Source: Vicinamibacterales bacterium
GTDB lineage: Bacteria > Acidobacteriota > Vicinamibacteria > Vicinamibacterales > SCN-69-37
DNA: 64,000 bases
Assembly: GCA_038319675.1 (NCBI GenBank)
Contig: JBBQDM010000018.1
Span: forward strand, 17,839-81,838
Reading direction: 5' to 3'
Position numbers and translations under genes: made by a program. The notes under the pieces were generated by a model. That model did not search any database and was not told the origin of the DNA. It saw only the letters and a program-made list of their open reading frames with translations. Below, one piece after another: positions 35,747 through 42,547 of the stretch. The stretch's first letter is position 1. Each line of letters opens with the position of its first letter.

Positions 35747-36244
35747 TCACAACGTCAATCGAAAATCACGGCCGACTTCCTCGGCCAGGTCCACCACGAG
35801 TTGCCCGTCATCGGCCGCCACCGACAGCCGGTACCAGGAAAGCGGCTTCGGCGCAGGGCCCGAGGTGTTGGTGCCGTCACCGGCGTAGTGCGACCCGTGA
35901 CACGGGCAGCTGAACTGATGGGTCAGGCGCAGCGGCTCACCGCCCACCGTCACGGTCTCCGGCTTGGACAGCGCTTCGGCACGCACGGTGCAGCCCAGAT
36001 GCGTGCAGACCGCCGACACGGCGTGGAACGTGTTGCCGTTGCGGAAGATGAACAGCCGCTCGTCGGCGAGAAACTTCAGGCCGTCCGGAAACTCCGCCGG
36101 GGGGCCCAGCTTCACCGTCGTCGGCGCGTCGTAGGAGACGTTGGGCGCCAGCGACCGCAGCGACGCCACGCCTTGCGCGCCCAGCGCACAGACACCGGCG
36201 CCGGTGCCCAGCTTGATCAGGAACTCGCGACGATCGCTACTCAT
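35747..36244 (-). CDS. Rieske [2Fe-2S] protein with Tat signal
   Basis: RREFL; CTHLGC and CPCHGSHY; GPAPKPL. Confidence 0.95.
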   Translation of the reverse strand: MSSDRREFLIKLGTGAGVCALGAQGVASLRSLAPNVSYDAPTTVKLGPPAEFPDGLKFLADERLFIFRNGNTFHAVSAVCTHLGCTVRAEALSKPETVTVGGEPLRLTHQFSCPCHGSHYAGDGTNTSGPAPKPLSWYRLSVAADDGQLVVDLAEEVGRDFRLTL

Positions 36245-38166
36245 GACACCTCCGCCCAACTGTCAGTAATCGAAAACTTCTCCATCGTCATCGCCCCAGT
36301 GGGGCACCGGATGGCGCACAAGCCGCACCGGATGCATCGCTCGTCGTCCTTGATCAACGCGGTGAGCGGTAGAGGCGTCTCCCCCGCCCGCGCAGCAACG
36401 GCCTCGCGCTCACTCTCGGGGAACGCGACTTCGTCCATCGGCACAAAGGCCAGGCAGAACTCCGGGCAGATGTCGACGCAGCGATTGCACAACACGCAGA
36501 GCTCGGGGTCGTAAATGGTCTGCACGTGGCAGACGAGGCAGCGCGCGGCCTGCGCCTTCGCGGCCTCCGGGCCGTACCCGGTCTCGACTTCGGCGATCCC
36601 TGTGCGACGACCGACGTCGAGCGTCGGCGCGGCCACGCGATCGAGGTACTCAAAGCCGGCGGCCATCTGATAGGTCGAGGTCGGCAGGGCCTCGATCGCG
36701 AGGTGCGTCTCGATGCGCGCCCGATGCGCGGTCAGGAACTGATGCATCGACCGCGCGGCCAGCTTGCCGTTGGCGACTGCCTGGATGAGATTTCGGGGAC
36801 CAAACGCCACATCGCCGCCCGCGAATACTCCGGGAGCGCTGGTGGCCAGCGTGACCGGATCGACGCGAATGGTCCCCGAAGGTTGAAGATCGACACCGTC
36901 GGCCGGCGTCAGGAATGCGAGGTCCGGCTGCTGGCCGATGGCCAGGATGCAGGCGTCAGCCTCGACAACGACGACATCCTCGTCGTCATAGATCGGAGCA
37001 AAGCGACCGCCCTCGTCAAACACCGATCGGACCGCGCGCAATTCGACGGAGGTCAGGTGGCCATCGGCCCCGACGAAGCGGCGCGGACCGCGGCGGGTCA
37101 GGAAGAGCACGCCTTCCTTCTGCGCCTCCTCAAACTCGTCGTGACCCTGCATCGTGCGCAACACCGGCATCTCGTCGAAGTGCTCGAGCGACACCATCGT
37201 CACCTCAGCCGCGCCTCCCCGAAGCGCAGCGCGGGCGGAGTCAATGGCCTCCTTGGCCCGGGCATCGGCGGCACCCTCGAGCGCGTCAAGCTCGTCTTCC
37301 CGGCCCACGCGCAATGCGGTACGGGCGGCGTCGAACGCGACAAAACCGCCGCCAATGACGACGACCCGGCGCCCGAGGTCCATCCGGAAGCCGCGGTTCA
37401 CGTTCAGCAGGTAGTCCACGGCTTTGACGACGCCGTCGAGTTCCACGCCAGGCACCTGCAAGTCGCGGCCGCGCGAGACACCGACCGAAAGGAAGACGGA
37501 CACAAAGCCTTCCGCCTTGAGGTGCGAGAGACCGAAACCAGCCGACAAGGGCGTGTGGAGTTTGAGCGTGACACCGAGCGCGAGAATCTTGTCGATCTCA
37601 GCGCGCAGGAGGCTGCGGGAGAGCCGGTACTCCGGAATGCCGTAGCGCATCATGCCGCCGGGCTCATCACCGGCCTCGAACACCGTGACCTGATGGCCAA
37701 GCAACGCCAGATCATGCGCCGCAGAGAGGCCAGCGGGTCCGGCGCCGATGACGGCCACCTTCCGCCCGGGCACCGGCCCGGCCGCGTGGATCTGTGACCC
37801 CAGCGGCAACTGATCGATATAGCGATTGCCGTCACGCACACCGTATGGCCGCAGTTCATCCTGCGTGTCCGGGCGGACAGACTCGGCGCCGTACTGTTCC
37901 GTCACATACCGTTTCAGCGCACGAATCGACACCGGCGCGTCAATCGACCCGCGTCGGCATGCGTCTTCACACGGGGCGGCGCAGACTCGTCCGCAGACGG
38001 ACGCAAAGGGGTTCGGGGCCCGCGCCACCAAATAGGCCTCGCGATCGTGACCCTCAGCGATGAGCTGTACGTAGCGACCCGCGTCCGTCTGGACGGGGCA
38101 GCCCGTCTGACACTTGACCTGTCCCTTCCAGTGCGCGAGATCCGGGAGCCGGACGTGAACCGCCAT
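36241..38166 (-). CDS. Cytoplasmic FAD/NAD(P)H Fe-S oxidoreductase (GltD/NfnB/DsrL-like) with C-terminal 2x[4Fe-4S] ferredoxin domain
   Basis: CQTGCP, NPFASVCGRVCAAPCEDAC, GAGPAG, GMMRYGIPEYRL, GGGFVAFD, FAGGD, RCLVC, CVLCNRCVDICP, CIRCGLCAIRCP; no signal peptide. Confidence 0.9.
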   Translation of the reverse strand: MAVHVRLPDLAHWKGQVKCQTGCPVQTDAGRYVQLIAEGHDREAYLVARAPNPFASVCGRVCAAPCEDACRRGSIDAPVSIRALKRYVTEQYGAESVRPDTQDELRPYGVRDGNRYIDQLPLGSQIHAAGPVPGRKVAVIGAGPAGLSAAHDLALLGHQVTVFEAGDEPGGMMRYGIPEYRLSRSLLRAEIDKILALGVTLKLHTPLSAGFGLSHLKAEGFVSVFLSVGVSRGRDLQVPGVELDGVVKAVDYLLNVNRGFRMDLGRRVVVIGGGFVAFDAARTALRVGREDELDALEGAADARAKEAIDSARAALRGGAAEVTMVSLEHFDEMPVLRTMQGHDEFEEAQKEGVLFLTRRGPRRFVGADGHLTSVELRAVRSVFDEGGRFAPIYDDEDVVVVEADACILAIGQQPDLAFLTPADGVDLQPSGTIRVDPVTLATSAPGVFAGGDVAFGPRNLIQAVANGKLAARSMHQFLTAHRARIETHLAIEALPTSTYQMAAGFEYLDRVAAPTLDVGRRTGIAEVETGYGPEAAKAQAARCLVCHVQTIYDPELCVLCNRCVDICPEFCLAFVPMDEVAFPESEREAVAARAGETPLPLTALIKDDERCIRCGLCAIRCPTGAMTMEKFSITDSWAEVS

Positions 38167-38175
38167 GACGAGTGC

Positions 38176-38218
38176 ACGGTACGCGCCGCGAGGGTAGGCC
38201 CGTTATGACGCCGGTCAT
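38176..38218 (-). promoter_or_regulatory. Operator ATGAC-N4-GTCAT with -10 TACCGT heading the oxidoreductase-bc-nos operon
   Basis: Perfect palindrome ATGACGCCGGTCAT 38205-38218, centre 30.5 bp before minus-strand TACCGT (38181-38176). Confidence 0.7.
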
Positions 38219-38330
38219 ACGCAAACAGCTGATGTCAGGCGAGCGCAATCATCAGGCCACGCACCACAATCGCCCACCAGCGATGCACCCAGTGCACGGT
38301 GAGCGGAGCGGTGTCAGAGGTCGGCGCGGT

Positions 38331-39377
38331 TCATTCGAGATTCCGGACACCCGCAGCCATGTTCGGGCCGATCGTCTCGTCAGCCGGCAGACGGACCACA
38401 GCGGTTGTCCCCCCCTGGGCCGGGAACTCAAAGGTGAGCGTTCCGCCGTATGGCGCCAGCAACCGGCGAGCGGTCGCAATGCCGAGGCCCGGCCCTTGAG
38501 CCTTGGTTGTGAAAAATGCCTCGCCGACCCTCGAGCGCTGGTCGAGTGGAATGCCGGGGCCGCTGTCCGTGATTGAGATGACGCACATCGTGTGCTCGTG
38601 CCTCGCCCGTACGGCGATGTGACCGCCGTCCGGCATGACTTGAGCGGCGTTGCGCAGCAGGCTCGCCAGGACCAGCGACAGTTGCGTCGGGTCGACGACC
38701 ACAATCGTGTCGTCGCACTCACGCGTGCATTCGATACCCGTAAACTCCGAGTCTTGCGACGCCAGCTCGCACGCATCGTCGACCAGGTCGCAGACGCGAA
38801 CAGGCGACCGTCGCGGCTCAACGGGTTGCGCGTACCGGAGCAGACGCTCGACGATCTCGCTGAGACGATCGAGCCTGGCGATCATCTCGTCGACGATCGT
38901 CGCGTTGGGAAAGTCGGCGACACGACGGCCCAGCACCTGGAGGCCCGCGCGCACACCGGCCAGCGGATTGCGTATCTCATGGGCCATCACGCCCGCCATC
39001 CGGCCCACGTGGGCCATCGCCGCCTCTGCACGCCACTCGGCCTCCAGCGAACGGTGTCGCCGGACACCCCACACCACCAGCCAAATCGCGGCCAGGACGA
39101 GTCCCCGGTTGAACAGACCGGCCCTCAGGTCGCCTCCTTGAGCGTTTACCGCGATCTCCACGACCGTCCACGCCGTGGCCGCTGAGGCCACGGCAATCAC
39201 CAGGTCGCGGGCCGAAGTCGCCTGCTGTCTACCAGCGGCGAGGAAGACAAGAGGAATAAACAGCAGCGGGACGGCAAACCCGGGCGGAAACCACAGATCC
39301 AGCGCGGCAATGACAACCACGCCAGCCCAGATCAACGCGTCAGGGGCTCGATCCTGTGGGCGTACGGGGGAAGACAC
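38331..39377 (-). CDS. Membrane sensor histidine kinase (no response regulator in window)
   Basis: MAHEIRNPL H-box, LLRNAAQ N-box, DSGPGI, FFTTK, GLGIA; N-terminal TM helices. Confidence 0.92.
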   Translation of the reverse strand: MSSPVRPQDRAPDALIWAGVVVIAALDLWFPPGFAVPLLFIPLVFLAAGRQQATSARDLVIAVASAATAWTVVEIAVNAQGGDLRAGLFNRGLVLAAIWLVVWGVRRHRSLEAEWRAEAAMAHVGRMAGVMAHEIRNPLAGVRAGLQVLGRRVADFPNATIVDEMIARLDRLSEIVERLLRYAQPVEPRRSPVRVCDLVDDACELASQDSEFTGIECTRECDDTIVVVDPTQLSLVLASLLRNAAQVMPDGGHIAVRARHEHTMCVISITDSGPGIPLDQRSRVGEAFFTTKAQGPGLGIATARRLLAPYGGTLTFEFPAQGGTTAVVRLPADETIGPNMAAGVRNLE

Positions 39378-39401
39378 TCGGCGTGAGCTTACACAATCCT
39401 G

Positions 39402-39457
39402 ATGACGCCGACCATATGACGACGGTCATAGTCCCGGCGAGGCGCCGACGATAGGGT
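39402..39457 (+). promoter_or_regulatory. Operator ATGAC-N4-GTCAT (plus adjacent degenerate copy) with -10 TAGGGT
   Basis: ATGACGACGGTCAT 39416-39429, centre 29.5 bp before TAGGGT 39452; ATGACGCCGACCAT 39402-39415. Confidence 0.7.
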
Positions 39458-39475
39458 TACCCAGGAGTTCCCGGC

Positions 39476-40732
39476 ATGTTGTCTCTGTCCGCAGTTCGAG
39501 ATCGTCCATCCCTCCTCAAGCTCGACCTGTACTGCCGGGGACTCCTCGTTGACGACTCGTGCCTGGTCGGTGACGACGGTGGCCGTCAAATCATGCGTAC
39601 ACGCGCCGGCCTGGGCAGCGGTCTTGAGCTCATTCTGCCGGGTGGTCTCTGGACCAATGTGCCAGTCCTTGAGTCATTCGCGGCACGCTCACCGTATCGG
39701 TTGGTGCGCGAGGAGGGGACGTATCTGCTCTACCGCGAGGCGGATGTGGTCGGGCCGGTCAGCCTTTCCCCTCGACCGTCCTGGTACGAGGCCCGCACAT
39801 CCTCCGGCACACCGATGACTCGCGTGGGGACCCTGCAGGGCACCTACCTCGGGATCTACCCTGCCCGCGTGTGTGACTTCTGGGTGCCGCAGCCCGAGCG
39901 CAGCAACTGCGGATTCTGCTCGGTTGGTCTCAATCTCGGCGTCGACGAAGCGACCGAAAAATCCCTCGACGATGTCATGGATGTGGTCGCCGCGGCGCGT
40001 CACCTCTCCGGCATCACCTACGTCGACTTCAACACCGGCCACTACGCCGGCGACACCTACCTCGACATCGTCGAACCGTACGTCCGCGCGGTCAAGGAAC
40101 GTTTTGGCCTGTTGGTCGGTGTGCAGACGCCGCCGCACCACGACTTGTCGCGGTATGACGCGCTGCGCGCCATGGGGGTGAACCGTGTCTCGTTCTGCTT
40201 CGAGGTCTGGGACCGTGCGCGCTTCGTCGAGATCTGCCCCGGCAAGGCCGCGACCTACGGCCACGACCGATATCTCGACGCGATCCGCTACTGCGCCCAA
40301 CTCGGCGCGCGCGGACCCAGGACGGAACCGTGGGTGACCAACGGCGAAATTATTGCCGGGCTGGAGCCGCCCGAGTCGTCCATCGCCGCGATCGACTGGA
40401 TGACGTCGGTCGGTGCCATTCCGACGGTGTGCGTCTTCCGGCCGCTGCGGGGCACCGACTACGAACACCTTCCGCCGCCAGACGCCGAGCCGCTCGTCCC
40501 GGTGTTTCGCCGACTCTACGAAGCATGCATGGAGCGTGGTCTGCCGATTGGATGCGCACCCAACGTTCATGTCTCGCTGGTCCTTCTGCCGGAGGAATGC
40601 CACGACCTCTCGGATCGCTCCTTCCGCTGGCAGCGCGCCAAACTCTCGCTGCAGAAGCAGATCTTCGCGTCAGTGTTCTCCCGACGACTGCGTCGCGTGA
40701 GGGATACGCCATTCCAGGCTGCACATGCGTGA
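39476..40732 (+). CDS. Radical SAM protein with extended CX11CX2C motif
   Basis: CDFWVPQPERSNCGFC; TIM-barrel-like motifs VDFNTG, VSFCFE, IIAGLE, CVFRP. Confidence 0.8.
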   Translation: MLSLSAVRDRPSLLKLDLYCRGLLVDDSCLVGDDGGRQIMRTRAGLGSGLELILPGGLWTNVPVLESFAARSPYRLVREEGTYLLYREADVVGPVSLSPRPSWYEARTSSGTPMTRVGTLQGTYLGIYPARVCDFWVPQPERSNCGFCSVGLNLGVDEATEKSLDDVMDVVAAARHLSGITYVDFNTGHYAGDTYLDIVEPYVRAVKERFGLLVGVQTPPHHDLSRYDALRAMGVNRVSFCFEVWDRARFVEICPGKAATYGHDRYLDAIRYCAQLGARGPRTEPWVTNGEIIAGLEPPESSIAAIDWMTSVGAIPTVCVFRPLRGTDYEHLPPPDAEPLVPVFRRLYEACMERGLPIGCAPNVHVSLVLLPEECHDLSDRSFRWQRAKLSLQKQIFASVFSRRLRRVRDTPFQAAHA

Positions 40733-41138
40733 GATGCTCGTGGCAATCCACCTCACCGCGGCAGCCGCCTGGGTGGGCAGCATGATCTGTTTCGTCGCGT
40801 TGTTGATGCCGTGGGTGCGCGAACACGACGACGCCAGTCGCCGGGAGCACCTGCGGGCCTTCGGCCACCGATTTCGCCGCTACACATGGGTGTGCCTCGC
40901 GATCGTCGCCGCCACCGGACCGGTGCTCACCTGGATGCGATGGGGCGGAGTGCCCTCTCTCACGACCACATCGGGCCGACTGCTCCTGGCCAAGCTCACA
41001 CTGTTCGCGCTTGCGGTCGCCTTCAATCGTTGCGACAGCGGTCGCGTCTCCAGAGCGACCGCGCGCTGGACCGGCCGCCTGAGCCTGGGTGTGGGAGTCA
41101 TGGCCATGATCGTCGCCACGTGGCTGGTACGGTGGTGA
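40725..41138 (+). CDS. CopD/DUF4149-like four-TM membrane protein
   Basis: IHLTAAAAWVGSM, IVAATG, GRLLLAKL pattern; overlaps radical SAM stop. Confidence 0.65.
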   Translation: MREMLVAIHLTAAAAWVGSMICFVALLMPWVREHDDASRREHLRAFGHRFRRYTWVCLAIVAATGPVLTWMRWGGVPSLTTTSGRLLLAKLTLFALAVAFNRCDSGRVSRATARWTGRLSLGVGVMAMIVATWLVRW

Positions 41139-41140
41139 CA

Positions 41141-41184
41141 TTGCGCTGGCGTAAAGACATACCGGTCGAGGGCCTCCATACGAT
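41141..41184 (+). promoter_or_regulatory. NnrR-like box TTGCG-N4-CGTAA with -10 TACGAT upstream of ric
   Basis: TTGCGCTGGCGTAA 41141-41154, centre 31.5 bp before TACGAT 41179. Confidence 0.55.
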
Positions 41185-41218
41185 GTGGCCGTCGGAACTG
41201 TGAGCGGGAGGAGTGACC

Positions 41219-41917
41219 ATGGAATTTACGAAAGACATGCACGTCTCGGAGGCCGCGTCGTCTGCTCCGGCAACCATCAAGGTGTTTCAACAGCACGGGA
41301 TCGACTTCTGCTGCGGAGGACATCGGCCGATCTCGGAAGCCTGCGCGGAACACGGCCTCGATGTCGATCGCGTCATGGCGGAGCTGGCGCAGTCCGCAAC
41401 CAGCACCACGGACGAACGGAATTGGCAGCAGGCCTCAATGGCCGATCTCGTGGCCCACATCCAAGCGCGATTCCACCAACCCCTGCGCGAGGAACTGCCC
41501 CGCCTGTCGGCCATGGTTGACAGAGTCGTGGAGCGGCATGGCGAACACTATCCGGACATGCTTCTACCGCTCCAACGGGAGTTTCGGAGCCTGATGACCG
41601 AACTGCTCGACCACATGGCCAAAGAGGACCAGGTGCTGTTTCCAGCCATCGTCGCCATTGACCGGGGCCAGGCGCTGGGGGGCGGCAGCTGGATTGCCGG
41701 TCCGGTCGAGGTGATGGAGCACGAACACGTGCAGGCAGACGCGGCCCTCGCGGCCATGCGGCAGGTTACCGGGGACTATCAGTTGCCTCCGGATGCATGC
41801 CCCACATTTCAAGGATTGTTCTATGGTCTCGAACAACTCGAGCGCGACATGCACGTGCATATCCACCTGGAGAACAACATTCTGTTTCCACGCGCCATTG
41901 AGAGAGGCCAAGCCTGA
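41219..41917 (+). CDS. ric: Iron-sulfur cluster repair di-iron protein (RIC/YtfE/ScdA)
   Basis: GIDFCCGG, HMAKEDQVLFP, VMEHEH, HIHLENNILFP. Confidence 0.93.
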   Translation: MEFTKDMHVSEAASSAPATIKVFQQHGIDFCCGGHRPISEACAEHGLDVDRVMAELAQSATSTTDERNWQQASMADLVAHIQARFHQPLREELPRLSAMVDRVVERHGEHYPDMLLPLQREFRSLMTELLDHMAKEDQVLFPAIVAIDRGQALGGGSWIAGPVEVMEHEHVQADAALAAMRQVTGDYQLPPDACPTFQGLFYGLEQLERDMHVHIHLENNILFPRAIERGQA

Positions 41918-42050
41918 TCACTGATCCGTCGTCCGGCTCCCCGAGGCGACACACGACACCATCATCACGTCCGTCGCGAAGACGAGGCCGCGTGTGCCTC
42001 CAGCTTCGAGCGGCGACTCAAGCCCTGAGCTCATGTGCTCACCCCTTGAC

Positions 42051-42365
42051 TCATTTCACCATCATGAGCAGCATCAGGGAGCGCACGGGCGCGTCCACGG
42101 CGTGTGGCACATTGGCGGGCAGGCGCACGATCGATCCTTCCGGGGCCCGACACTCCACCCCACCGATCACGAGGACAAATTCCCCCTCGAGCACGAGGAC
42201 CATCGCGTCGTACGGCGACGTATGTTCTGTAAGCCCCTGACCGGCGTCGAAGACAAACAACGTGATCGTGCCGCCGGGGGCCTTGCTCAGCACCCGGCTG
42301 CCGATGCCGCCTTCAATGGGGGTCACGAGTGACGCGAGCGCCAGTACTTCTGCGGTGGGAATCAT
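42051..42365 (-). CDS. Cupin domain protein
   Basis: LFVFDAGQGLTEHTSP, VLEGE, PANVPHAV; start moved to ATG 42365 after GGAGG. Confidence 0.88.
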   Translation of the reverse strand: MIPTAEVLALASLVTPIEGGIGSRVLSKAPGGTITLFVFDAGQGLTEHTSPYDAMVLVLEGEFVLVIGGVECRAPEGSIVRLPANVPHAVDAPVRSLMLLMMVK

Positions 42366-42427
42366 GACTGAGCCTCCGGACGGCCTGCCCACGCAAGCGC
42401 ACGCGGAAAAGGAATGTCCATGTGGCA

Positions 42428-42469
42428 ACACTATCCGGTTGTTGGGGTGGCCGCTTTGCGCCAGCGCAA
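42428..42469 (-). promoter_or_regulatory. NnrR-like box TTGCG-N4-CGCAA with -10 TAGTGT upstream of the cupin gene
   Basis: Perfect TTGCGCCAGCGCAA 42456-42469, centre 29.5 bp before minus-strand TAGTGT (42433-42428). Confidence 0.65.
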
Positions 42470-42547
42470 CACTCAGGCGGCAACACGACCCGAAGGTCTT
42501 ACACAACACTTACACTCGGCCGCGTCAGCCCCCCATAAGCTGAGCAC

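Noticed and set aside
33986-36514. 842-aa plus-strand ORF (also 27393-29072, 36526-37797, 44375-45985, 24354-25814 and similar long overlapping ORFs)
   Set aside because: Antisense shadows of well-supported genes in GC-rich DNA; Arg/Pro-rich with no recognisable motifs
36241-38166. Calling the oxidoreductase gltD or dsrL
   Set aside because: No gltB or dsr genes in the window, it has an extra ferredoxin tail, and it is coupled to the Rieske gene; symbol withheld
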